In this document: positions 48,719-58,303 of the stretch, one piece after another | Layout of the letters: each line of letters begins with the position of its first letter | How positions within the stretch are numbered: the first letter of the stretch is position 1 | Assembly: GCA_965601925.1 (NCBI GenBank) | Contig: OZ271854.1 | Location: forward strand, 3,136,001-3,200,000 | DNA from: Alkalispirochaeta sp. | GTDB taxonomy: Bacteria > Spirochaetota > Spirochaetia > DSM-27196 > Alkalispirochaetaceae | Length of the DNA stretch: 64,000 nucleotides | Direction: 5' to 3' | Notes under the pieces: model-generated | Database searches by the model: none | Seen by the model: the letters and a program-made list of their open reading frames with translations, nothing else | What the model was told of the DNA's origin: nothing | Program-made: the position numbers and the translations under genes

Positions 48719-49184
48719 CGGCGGCCCCGATTCGCTCCGAAGGGGTAAGCAGCTTCAAGGTGTGTTCGCCGGTGTGGGTGAAGAAGGATACCTTGCGACC
48801 CGTGGTGGCGCCGATGTAGCGTCGCCGTATCGGTACGGAGTATCGTTCGAGTATCTCGCCGGCCACCTCAATGTTCGCGGCGGCGATGCGCATCGAGTCG
48901 GACGATGCGTTGGTGTATGCGCCCCCAAACAAAATCGCCTCCAACTCCGCCGGCCGTGAGCCTAGTTCGAGGAGTAATCGAATAAGCTTGTGCATGGCGG
49001 CGTCGCCGTATCTGGCGGTCGGGACGTTCCCCTCCGTTCGAGGCAACAGAAAGTGGTTCATACCGCCGTGCATTCTGACCCGATCGTACACGGCCACCGC
49101 TACGCAGGAGCCTAAGATGGTGGAGATGATCGCCGGTTCGTCGTCGACGTAAATGGACGCGGGTACGAGAAAATGCTTATGCAT
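48711..49184 (-). CDS. cheD: Chemoreceptor glutamine deamidase
   Basis: TILGSCVAV, GGMNHFLLP, RYGD, LFGGA; start MHKHF. Confidence 0.9.
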   Translation of the reverse strand: MHKHFLVPASIYVDDEPAIISTILGSCVAVAVYDRVRMHGGMNHFLLPRTEGNVPTARYGDAAMHKLIRLLLELGSRPAELEAILFGGAYTNASSDSMRIAAANIEVAGEILERYSVPIRRRYIGATTGRKVSFFTHTGEHTLKLLTPSERIGAADG

Positions 49185-50010
49185 CGCGCTTCCGGTATAC
49201 CGACGGGCCGATTTGCTGCATATCGACGCCGGTTCCAACCAGGCTTTCCGATTGGCCGAGAAAGAGCGCGCCGTGGGTCTTCAAGTTGGCGAGGAGCGTC
49301 CCAAGTACCTGCGTTCGCGTTTCGCGGTCGAAGTAGATCATCACGTTTCTGCAGAAGATGAAGTCGAACTGTCGCTCGAAACGCAACGGATCGACGAGAT
49401 TCAACTGCTTGGCGAGAATTCTCTCCTTGACGTAGCCTTTGAGCTCAAACCGGGTCGATCCGTTCGATGTTCTCGGGACGAAGTACTTTTTGTGGAGCTC
49501 CGGGGAGAGATTTCCCAGTTTGGCGCGATCGTAGATCCCTCGCTTCATCGTGAAGAGCACCGTCTTATCGATATCGCTGGCGATAATCAAGAAGTCGTGA
49601 ATGCCGTGTTCGTGAAGAGTGATAGCGAGGGAGTACACCTCCTCACCGGTGCTGGCCGCGGCGCACCAGATGGCGGGCGCGCTTATACGTTCGCGCTTGA
49701 TGTGGTTTATCAAGACCGCGAACTGATGCTCCTCGCGGAAGAAATACGTGTAGTTGACCGTAGTATACTGGATCATCAAGTTCCAGAAGTGCTCCTCCCG
49801 GTTGCGGAGCCGCTCGTACAACTCCTCGGGAGAACGCACCCCCTCCCTCCGGAGGAGCTTCCCGACCTTCACTTTGAACGAGTAGAGTTTTTCGTCGCTG
49901 ATGTGGATCCCAAGCTCCGCTTGGGTCAAATCGCGCAGGCGCAACAACAGCGAGTCGTCGTGCAACGCGTCATCTGCAGCGCGCCTCGGTCGTCTTTCAG
50001 AAGTGTGCAA
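49177..50010 (-). CDS. cheR: Chemotaxis protein methyltransferase
   Basis: [35 protein letters not shown]. Confidence 0.95.
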   Translation of the reverse strand: MHTSERRPRRAADDALHDDSLLLRLRDLTQAELGIHISDEKLYSFKVKVGKLLRREGVRSPEELYERLRNREEHFWNLMIQYTTVNYTYFFREEHQFAVLINHIKRERISAPAIWCAAASTGEEVYSLAITLHEHGIHDFLIIASDIDKTVLFTMKRGIYDRAKLGNLSPELHKKYFVPRTSNGSTRFELKGYVKERILAKQLNLVDPLRFERQFDFIFCRNVMIYFDRETRTQVLGTLLANLKTHGALFLGQSESLVGTGVDMQQIGPSVYRKRDA

Positions 50011-51853
50011 ACTCCTCGTCCTCTTCGAAGGGAATCACCTCCTCGGGGGCGACGATCTTTTTGAGCGTCCCCTTCGCCGCTATTTGCCGCGGTGCCTCGG
50101 GCGATTCATCCGGACGTGCGTCTTCGGCGTATCGTCGCACCGGGTGGGAAGGCCGTGGAGCGGCGTTCCCCCGCCGCTTTCGTCCCTCGACCAGATCGGC
50201 GAGGGACTCCACCATCGCGTTCAACGTCTCGGACTGCGCCGACAGCTCCTCTGCCGAACTCGCCGATTCTTCCGCGCTTCCGGCGTTGGATTGCACCACC
50301 TTGTCGAAATCGAGAATCGCGCGATTGATTTGCTCGATACCCTCGCTCTGCTGACCGCTGGCGGTCTCTACCTCTTGGGACATCTCGGTGACCTTCGAGG
50401 ATTGATTGGTCATACTCTGGAAAAGCTCGGTCATTTTCCGGGCGAGTTCAAGCGTCGATTCGATCTTTTTGAGCGAGTCCTCGACGAGCTCGGAGGTCTC
50501 CTGGGCCGATTCGCCGCTCTTATTGGCCAGATTCTTCACTTCGTCGGCGACGACTGCGAACCCCATGCCCGCCTCACCGGCGCGGGCCGCCTCGACGGCG
50601 GCGTTCAGCGCCAGGATGTTGGTCTGAAACGCAATGGTGTCGATCACCTTGATGATCGCTTTGATCTCGCCGGAGGCGTCGTTCAGTTCCTCCATGGCGG
50701 TGAGCAGTTCGTTCATCCTTCCCGCCCCGTCGCTGCTGCTCTGCGAGGAGGCGATGGCCAGGCTGTGCATGTGTTTGGCGTTGTCCGCGTTCTGGCCGAT
50801 CATGGAGACGAGCTGTTCGATCGAGGCCGTCGTCTCCTCGATTCCCGCGGCCTGTTCCGAGGCGCCATTTGCGATATCTTGGCTCGTCGCCGACAGCTCC
50901 GCCGATGCGTTGGCTATCTGAAGAGACGAGCTCGACAACTCGCGAATCGTCGCATTCAACGGCTTGGAGATTCGTCTCGCAATGAGGAGCGACAGTGCAA
51001 GCCCCAGGACGATCGAGACGACGGTCACGACGACGATCAACGCAAGGGCGTCGCGTTCGTGCATTTCGGCGCGCAGAGCCGACTCTTGAGTAAAGAGCTC
51101 TATCTCCTCCAGCAGTGCGGTCAACGCGTTCGCAAGCTGCTCCTCTTCCGCGGCGATCAGCGGTTCGAACTCCTCTATCGTTTCGATTCTTCCGAGGCGG
51201 ACGGCGTCGAGGAGTACCGCGGTATGCTCCTCGTAATCGGCGCGCGCCGCCTCGATGACCACCAACTGCGCGGCTACGCGTCGAAACTCCTCGGCGGCTC
51301 GTGCCTCTTGCCGGCCGTTGAGGAAGCCGGCAACCAACGCTTGAGCGTCCTCGAGCTCGGTTCTGATCGTCGCAGTCTCTCCGTTGAACGTCACGATGGA
51401 CGATGCGAGTTCTGGCGCGTCGCTGCCGGAGCGATAGAACGTTTTAAGAATTTGCTCCAAGCGCCGACCTTGAATGAGTTTGTGTTCGGTGAGTCTCGTC
51501 ACGTACGTCGTGAGCGGAATGTCTTCCTCGGCGATGCTCGTGAGCTCTTCCCCGATACTCTGCATCATCACGATCGCCAATGCCAATCCGCCGACAAGGA
51601 GGACCAAGAGCGTGAATGCAATCGAGAGTATCTGCTTATTGACGCTCATTTTCAGCGCCGTTTTGCGGTAGATGAGCAAAAAGAAGACCAGTAGCGCAAA
51701 GACAAACAGTGCGACGCCGACGATCACGTACGCGCCGATACCGCTCTCATCCTGTGATGCCTCAAGAAGCGCCGTCTCCCCCGGAGAGACGGCAAACAGG
51801 GCGGCGGCGACAACGATCATGCACGCACAGAGCAGTATGCATTTTTTCGTCAT
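49997..51853 (-). CDS. Methyl-accepting chemotaxis protein
   Basis: [33 protein letters not shown] hairpin tip; C-terminal pentapeptide EFAHF. Confidence 0.95.
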   Translation of the reverse strand: MTKKCILLCACMIVVAAALFAVSPGETALLEASQDESGIGAYVIVGVALFVFALLVFFLLIYRKTALKMSVNKQILSIAFTLLVLLVGGLALAIVMMQSIGEELTSIAEEDIPLTTYVTRLTEHKLIQGRRLEQILKTFYRSGSDAPELASSIVTFNGETATIRTELEDAQALVAGFLNGRQEARAAEEFRRVAAQLVVIEAARADYEEHTAVLLDAVRLGRIETIEEFEPLIAAEEEQLANALTALLEEIELFTQESALRAEMHERDALALIVVVTVVSIVLGLALSLLIARRISKPLNATIRELSSSSLQIANASAELSATSQDIANGASEQAAGIEETTASIEQLVSMIGQNADNAKHMHSLAIASSQSSSDGAGRMNELLTAMEELNDASGEIKAIIKVIDTIAFQTNILALNAAVEAARAGEAGMGFAVVADEVKNLANKSGESAQETSELVEDSLKKIESTLELARKMTELFQSMTNQSSKVTEMSQEVETASGQQSEGIEQINRAILDFDKVVQSNAGSAEESASSAEELSAQSETLNAMVESLADLVEGRKRRGNAAPRPSHPVRRYAEDARPDESPEAPRQIAAKGTLKKIVAPEEVIPFEEDEEFAHF

Positions 51854-52356
51854 GGTGTTTCTCCTTCGTGTTCCACGGAACCGAGTAGGGTGAACTCTTC
51901 TTCGCTGAACATCTTCTGGACGTCCAGGATAACTTTGACGTGAGTACCGAAGTCGGCCACTCCGTTGATATATTGGCTTTTGATGCGCGCCTTGATGTAG
52001 GCGAGCTCGGAGATCTGCTCGGCCGGAATCGCGACGACCTCCTTCGTTTCGTCTACGACCAGTCCCATGAGCATTTCCGTCTCGCCGAACGTGACCTCGA
52101 CGACGATGATGCAGGTCCGCTCCCCGTACGTACCGCCGGGCAGCTCAAAGCGCTTTTTGAGATCTATGATCGGAATGATGTTGCCCCGGAGATTGATGAC
52201 TCCTTGAATAAAATCGGGCGTTTGCGGCAGCGGCGTGATCTGAGGTAACGCCATGATCTCACGCACCTGCGTGATTTCGATGCAGTACTCCTCCTCGAGA
52301 AGGACGAAGTTGAGGTACTTATCCCCGAGGGCCAGGATGCTTCTTTTATGTTCCAT
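51850..52356 (-). CDS. cheW: Chemotaxis adaptor protein
   Basis: [34 protein letters not shown]; start MEHKR. Confidence 0.95.
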   Translation of the reverse strand: MEHKRSILALGDKYLNFVLLEEEYCIEITQVREIMALPQITPLPQTPDFIQGVINLRGNIIPIIDLKKRFELPGGTYGERTCIIVVEVTFGETEMLMGLVVDETKEVVAIPAEQISELAYIKARIKSQYINGVADFGTHVKVILDVQKMFSEEEFTLLGSVEHEGETP

Positions 52357-54553
52357 CGTTGCGCTCCCACGTGTCGACGGGTAGCGGTTCAAAGAGCCGG
52401 TGCGCATCGGCGGCGATTAAGTCGTCGATGTCCAGGATGTACCCGACCGTCCCACCCGAGAAAACCGTACCCGATGAAATACCTTTGAGATTGCCGAACT
52501 TTTTGCCGAGGGGCTTAATGACGACTTCCTTCTTCTCGATGATCCGATCGACCGCCAGAGCGATGTTCCGATGCTCGTATCGAACGATGATTGCGGCGCT
52601 TCTGTTCGAGGCAAAGGACGCGCGACCGTCGTCGTCGGAAGGCTCGACGCGCAGCGCATCGCCGAGGTTCACCAGCGGGATGAGCTCGTCCCTGGCTTTG
52701 AGCACGGTCATACCGTTGTTCACGCTATGGACGTGCTCGTCTTCCAATTGCGTGCACCCGACGACCTCCGCAATCGGTACGATGAACGGAACGCCGCGGG
52801 ATTCGACGACGAGCCCATCGACGATCGCCGTGTTCAGCGGAAAGGAGAGTTTGAATTGGGTATAGCGTCCGAACTCGCTCTCGATGCCGAGGCGCCCCTG
52901 GTACTCGTCGACCACCGTCCGGATGATATCCATCCCCATGCCGCGGCCCGATATGTCGCTCACCGTCTCGGCGGTGGAGAACCCCGGGGATAGTATCAGC
53001 TCGAAGACTTTCGAATCGGGCAGTAGGGCCGCCTCCGCGGCACCGATCAGCCCTCTCTCGGTCGCTCGCCGGACGAGGGCGTGCCTGTCGAGTCCCCGCC
53101 CGTCGTCGCGGACGACGATCTCGATCCGGTTGCCCTTTCGCTCGGCGGCGACGATGACCGTACCTTGATCGGGTTTTCCCGCCTCGCGGCGCTCTGCGGG
53201 AGACTCGATGCCGTGGTCGTACGCATTACGTAAAAAATGCATCATGACCTCTTCGAGCGATTCCACCAGGTTTCGGTCGATTTCGAGTTCGTGTCCTTCG
53301 AACAGAACGCGAACGCGCTTTCCGAGTCGCTGATCGAGGTCACGCGCGACGCGACGGAGCTTGATGTACAGCTGTTGGACGCGAATCGTCCGTAGACCCA
53401 TCGCGATGTGCTGAATCTGGCTCGTTATCTTCTGGATTTGGCGTATCGATTCGTGTTCGATCTGGTTCTCCGCTATCCACAGTTCCTGGATAAGATCGGA
53501 TAGCAGGTTCACCTGCGACGCCCGGACGCTGATTATCGAATCACGCTCCCGTGGAGCGTTGCGCCGTTTGATCCGATCTTGAATTTTCAGCGCCTCTTCG
53601 ACATCCTCCGAGCTCGCCTTGCCCTCATCGACGATGATCGTCCCGATCTTTCCCTCGAAGTTGGACTGCCGCTGGAGTGTGATCGCTTCGTTGATGTCTT
53701 GTTGCGAGACTTTCTTTTTCTCGTAAAGGATTTGCCCCAGCGGCGGATAGTCGCGGTGGACGATACCGGCCAACTCCTCGGTAAGCGCAACGGTTTCGTG
53801 TCGGATGTACGAGGCGAGATCGTTCTGCCGCAGCAGGTCTATGAGCGTTCGGATTTCGTCTATCGAGCGCAGGAGTACGTCGGTGATCTCCGCGCTGTAT
53901 GGAACAGTGTCGTTTTTCACCGCGTCCAGGAGGCTTTCGACCGTGTGGGTCAACGCACCGATCTTTTCGAGGTTGATGAACCCGCACTCTCCTTTGAGCG
54001 TATGAAACACTCGAAATACGTGATTGACCTTTTCGCGATCGAAGTGCGATTCGAGCTCGAGGATCACGTCCTGTCCGTCGAGCAATTTCTGGTCCGCCTC
54101 GGATGCGAATAGCTGGAACATGTCCGACGTCACGGTGTCCGCAAGCTCCGAGAGATCGCTTTCGGGCTCGGATGACGCATCCGGCGCCGCCGCCGGTGCA
54201 TCGTCGATATCGGAAAAGATCGTGCGAAACCGTTCGACCAACGGTGGGCTCACGGTGATCTCGTCGTCCTCCGCGAGACCGTCGATCTCCTGGAGGGCGG
54301 CGCGAAGCACTTCGAGGATCTCCAACACGCGTTCGTCGTGACCGGACCGCGCGTCCCCACTTTCAATCGCGTCGAGCGATGCATTAAGAGCGGCGACGGC
54401 CTCCGGGAAGCACGGATACGACCCCGTACGATCCTCGAACTCCTGCAGAAACGTTCGTACGCCGGCGATGTCGACGGTATCAATCTCGTCGACCATAACG
54501 AGGCGAAATGCGATATCTTCGTATAGTTCAACGACTGTACGTTCCAACTCCAC
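52346..54553 (-). CDS. cheA: Chemotaxis histidine kinase
   Basis: Hpt FRVFHTLKG, RNAYDHGIE, DDGRGLD, PGFSTA, SGRGMGMD, C-terminal CheW-like domain. Confidence 0.95.
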   Translation of the reverse strand: MELERTVVELYEDIAFRLVMVDEIDTVDIAGVRTFLQEFEDRTGSYPCFPEAVAALNASLDAIESGDARSGHDERVLEILEVLRAALQEIDGLAEDDEITVSPPLVERFRTIFSDIDDAPAAAPDASSEPESDLSELADTVTSDMFQLFASEADQKLLDGQDVILELESHFDREKVNHVFRVFHTLKGECGFINLEKIGALTHTVESLLDAVKNDTVPYSAEITDVLLRSIDEIRTLIDLLRQNDLASYIRHETVALTEELAGIVHRDYPPLGQILYEKKKVSQQDINEAITLQRQSNFEGKIGTIIVDEGKASSEDVEEALKIQDRIKRRNAPRERDSIISVRASQVNLLSDLIQELWIAENQIEHESIRQIQKITSQIQHIAMGLRTIRVQQLYIKLRRVARDLDQRLGKRVRVLFEGHELEIDRNLVESLEEVMMHFLRNAYDHGIESPAERREAGKPDQGTVIVAAERKGNRIEIVVRDDGRGLDRHALVRRATERGLIGAAEAALLPDSKVFELILSPGFSTAETVSDISGRGMGMDIIRTVVDEYQGRLGIESEFGRYTQFKLSFPLNTAIVDGLVVESRGVPFIVPIAEVVGCTQLEDEHVHSVNNGMTVLKARDELIPLVNLGDALRVEPSDDDGRASFASNRSAAIIVRYEHRNIALAVDRIIEKKEVVIKPLGKKFGNLKGISSGTVFSGGTVGYILDIDDLIAADAHRLFEPLPVDTWERNDGT

Positions 54554-55073
54554 CCAGTCCTTTTGTACGCCTTACGGTGATCCGTGGAGGCGTGCGTCCG
54601 CTCGATTCCGCGAGGATGCGGGGAATCGATCTTTGCACGCCGTTCGAGCACTGACCTCGTCGTTTCACACGGTCGGGAGCGGTGGGATGTCGTTGTCCGC
54701 GGAACCGTACACCGCCTCAGACGATGATATCGATCGCGAATACCGAATCCATCGAATACCGGGCTCCCTGATATATGCGCTCCTCCTTACATTATTAGAT
54801 AGAAGGACTCTCTTTGCGACCGATTCGACCCGCCGGTACGGAGCGAGGTGGCGAGCCGTCGCACATCGTCGCACGCTTCGACGTTTAAGATACCCCGGCG
54901 ATGCAAAGAAGACCGCATTTTGACGACTCGGTGGCGATTTTGGGTCGTGCTCGAACAGTGTCGGCGTCCGAACCGTACCGCGGGGAGACGACGGCACTCG
55001 ACGTATATCAAAACGGACCGAGCCGTCAACGCAGCCATGAGTCGACTCCCCGGCAGATGTGCCGTCGTCCGCT

Positions 55074-58000
55074 TCACGAGTCGGCGGTCAACGCGACGAG
55101 GTAGTCGTCCGCTCGTTTGGCGACGCGCGCGTGGTTGAGTTTGAGCGCAATCTCCTCGATGCGCTGATACAGCGCCTCCCTCGTTCCGCCGTCGCACAAC
55201 CGTCGCGTAAACAGGATCGACAGCTCCGCCTCCAGTATTTGCCTGGTTACCGTCGAGATGCGAGAGACGACCGCGACCGTGTCGCGTTCGAGGGCGTCGC
55301 GCCGTTCGGGGCGGATCGCTTCGAGCGCCCGTTCGGCCTCGGCGAGCTCCGACCGTAATCGGCCGAGGCGCGCCTCCTCGACGGCGAGCGTGGAGCGCAG
55401 ATATGCGAGATCCGGCTCGTTCGCCGGTTCCGGGAGACCGACCGCGCAGTCGTCCGCAAACACGGACCGGCGGTGCGCCGAAAGATAGTACGGCTCGACA
55501 TCGAAGCGGCGGTACGGGATGGCGGCGTCGAGCGCCGCCGAAAATCGGTCGGCGGCGGGGACGGCGCGCAGCGATCGCCGCGGGGTGTCGCCGGCGGGGG
55601 TGCTCAGCGCAACGGTATAGATTCGTCCGCTCGGAATCTCGTGCATTGAACGCGCCCGCTCATCGGGCGTACGAGGGTGCTCGGCGAGGTCGAACGCCGT
55701 TACCGGGGCGTTCCATCGCACGGTAACCGCGTCTCTCCCCGGATTGAACAGCCGCATAATGGGCCCTTTACCGTCTTCCCGTATCTTGAGCGCCGAGAGT
55801 ACCGCAGACGACGCGTTGCCGTCCGTCGATATATCGGGTATCAGATCGGGCGGCAGAGCCGCCGCAATCCCTACGGAGGGATCGTCGGTGTCGGGTACGC
55901 CGAGAATCGGGAGGGGATGAAGCGCCGCCTCGACGATCTTCGCCGCATCCGCTCCTTCGCTCGCACGCAGAGAGGGAAGGGGGGAGACGAAGAACGGGAT
56001 TGCGATGCGACGTCTGCACTGGGCGTCGGGTGTGAATATCTCCGGGCCCGCGTCTCCGGTTCGCGAGGACAGATCTCCGCGGGCAAGCCACCCCACCGCG
56101 CGCACGATCGTCGCAGCCACGGAACCGTCCTCCAACGGTTCCAACTCGTGGAGTCCGCGATGGGCGACGAGCGCGGCGGCTGAACGGGATCCCACCGCGA
56201 ATGCGCGGTCGTTGGGCACGAAACGCGGCGGTTCGGGCTCGCGGGCACCGAGCATGAGCCGTCGTGCCGACTGAGGTAGCTCTTCGTCCCGATACGGAGC
56301 GAGGCTCGCCCGATGTTCCGCCGGATCCTCCCACACAAACTGATTTAGTACGCGCATACCCATAGAGTCCGAGGGTCCCGTCGCGGTGCCGTCTCCCCCT
56401 TCGTCCGCAACGGAGACGACCATCTGCAGGCGGTGGTCACGCGAGAGGTTGTCTACTACGACCGCCGCACGGAGAAATGGTTCGGTCGAGCGTAGCTCGA
56501 TGCGGAGGGTAACCGTATTGTCGACCACCGTCTCAGTACGCGTCTGGCGATCTTCGGTCAGCTCTCGCGGAAGACGAAATACACCGGAAAGCTCAAAGGA
56601 TACGCGGTCCGGGGTGCGCGACGTCCATGTGATCGTGCCGTCGACGATCGATACGCGATTCGGAGCGTCCCGGGGCGGTACGTCGAAGTTGTACGTGTCT
56701 CCGCAGTCGCCGGTATCGCGCCACGTGACGCGCACCGTCGAGCCGTCGCGGCCGCTCGAGTCGGCCGTCTTGCGTCCACCTACGACGATCGTTCCGTCAG
56801 CGTATACGGCGGCGTGCACCGACTCGTTGGAGAGTTCTACCGGACCGTCGGTGGTCCTCGCCGTGACGCGCGGCGAGTCCGGTGTATCGTTCCGACGGCG
56901 TACGATCGACAGGCTCAACGGCGCGATACTCTCCGACCACACGCCGTCGAGCATCGCTCGGCGGGCGTGAAGCGACGGGTTGAACACCGCATAGGTCTCG
57001 CCGGCCCCGGGTGCACCCGATTGCGTCTCGCCGAGGGGACGAATGCCGAGCGACTGGAGGAGACGGTCGAGCGTACGATTCTGACGGTCTGCGATCTCAG
57101 CTAAGCGAAGTTCCGCCTCCTCGTGGATCGGATCGGAGCTCACGCCGCAGATCGTATCGTGCGGGTGGTTCTGGAGGATCAAGCGCCATACGAGGTTAAG
57201 CTCGTCCCGTAGCTCTTCTATCACCGGCGAGGCGTCGCTATTGCTCACGGAGAGAATCGTCGTCAGCGGCTCCAGATAGCGCTCCTGCATCGCCTGCGCG
57301 TAATCGTTGGCGACTTTGAGATAGTTGCGCGCCGAGAGTATTCCCGGAAACACCGATATGAAGCGTCCGCTGTACTGGCTTCCCCGTACCGGCGGCAGCG
57401 ATCGATCGTGTATCCCCCTCTTTGCGTCGAGATACTCAGTCGGTGAGGTGAGCCGGACGGTCGTTCCCGGCGGTATCTCGCCCGGCGACTCGGGATCCAT
57501 CTCCTGATCGTATCCGTTCATGAGTAGGAGGTGCTCATCGGTGGAGAACGGGCGAACGCGTTCTCGTGCCTCCGCCAGACGCCGGAGCAGTATCTCCGGA
57601 CGTGAGAAGAGGCGCATGCCGTTGCGATAGCTGTCGAGAAGGTATGCGACCGGCAGCGCACTCCCGTCCGGACTCTCCCAACGCAACTCGCTCCGCATCG
57701 CGGCGGGGAGCAGGTCGAAGCCGCGCCACGCGAACAGACCGTCCGCACCGAACTCACGGTGTATTTGAACGCACTGTGCAATTTGGCCGAAGTTGTCCAT
57801 CAGCCAACCAACGAAGCGGTCGGCCCCCAGCACGCGTGTGTCGTCGATACCGATGAGCAGATTTCTTACCAACGCCTCTCCGCTCACCAGTTGCCAGTCC
57901 GGCTGCTGGTAGTACGGTCCGACGGTGAGCCGCCCTTCGCGGACCAGCGCTTCGATGCGAGAGAGCGCCTCTTCGCCCCTCCGGCGCCCCAAAAGGCTGA

Positions 58001-58178
58001 GATAGTCCTCTATGAGGATCGATTGCCCGTCGAGCGTGAACCGATAATCGGGGTGGGAATCGAATCGGTCGAAGAGAGCGTCGAAAAACGGGACGAGCCA
58101 CTCTCTCGTGAAGCCGCTCGGTACGAACCATTCGCGGTCCCAGTGCGTGTGGGGCAGGATATGTAAAACCGGTTGCAT
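55074..58178 (-). CDS. GH38 alpha-mannosidase (mannosylglycerate hydrolase-like branch) with a helical C-terminal extension
   Basis: HTHWDREW, FTLDGQ, VGPYY..PD..LVSGE.LVRNL, DNFGQ, NGYDQ, QNHPHDTICG. Confidence 0.9.
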   Translation of the reverse strand: MQPVLHILPHTHWDREWFVPSGFTREWLVPFFDALFDRFDSHPDYRFTLDGQSILIEDYLSLLGRRRGEEALSRIEALVREGRLTVGPYYQQPDWQLVSGEALVRNLLIGIDDTRVLGADRFVGWLMDNFGQIAQCVQIHREFGADGLFAWRGFDLLPAAMRSELRWESPDGSALPVAYLLDSYRNGMRLFSRPEILLRRLAEARERVRPFSTDEHLLLMNGYDQEMDPESPGEIPPGTTVRLTSPTEYLDAKRGIHDRSLPPVRGSQYSGRFISVFPGILSARNYLKVANDYAQAMQERYLEPLTTILSVSNSDASPVIEELRDELNLVWRLILQNHPHDTICGVSSDPIHEEAELRLAEIADRQNRTLDRLLQSLGIRPLGETQSGAPGAGETYAVFNPSLHARRAMLDGVWSESIAPLSLSIVRRRNDTPDSPRVTARTTDGPVELSNESVHAAVYADGTIVVGGRKTADSSGRDGSTVRVTWRDTGDCGDTYNFDVPPRDAPNRVSIVDGTITWTSRTPDRVSFELSGVFRLPRELTEDRQTRTETVVDNTVTLRIELRSTEPFLRAAVVVDNLSRDHRLQMVVSVADEGGDGTATGPSDSMGMRVLNQFVWEDPAEHRASLAPYRDEELPQSARRLMLGAREPEPPRFVPNDRAFAVGSRSAAALVAHRGLHELEPLEDGSVAATIVRAVGWLARGDLSSRTGDAGPEIFTPDAQCRRRIAIPFFVSPLPSLRASEGADAAKIVEAALHPLPILGVPDTDDPSVGIAAALPPDLIPDISTDGNASSAVLSALKIREDGKGPIMRLFNPGRDAVTVRWNAPVTAFDLAEHPRTPDERARSMHEIPSGRIYTVALSTPAGDTPRRSLRAVPAADRFSAALDAAIPYRRFDVEPYYLSAHRRSVFADDCAVGLPEPANEPDLAYLRSTLAVEEARLGRLRSELAEAERALEAIRPERRDALERDTVAVVSRISTVTRQILEAELSILFTRRLCDGGTREALYQRIEEIALKLNHARVAKRADDYLVALTADS

Positions 58179-58186
58179 CGACCGTT

Positions 58187-58294
58187 ACTATAGCGCCTCT
58201 CGGCGAGGTCTGCAATGTTCTTTTCATGAAGTTGCATTTTCTAGTGGAAAATAATGAAATTGTTCTTGACCGCACGGAAAAGCGCCTGTACCAT
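58187..58294. promoter_or_regulatory. Divergent promoters for the GH38 gene and the lacI-ABC operon
   Basis: Minus strand TTGCAG-N17-TATAGT; plus strand TTGACC-N17-TACCAT. Confidence 0.6.
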
Positions 58295-58303
58295 CGATAG
58301 GTA

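Noticed and set aside
49901..51694. 597-aa plus-strand ORF
   Set aside because: Antisense to the MCP gene, Arg/Leu-rich and with no recognisable domain.
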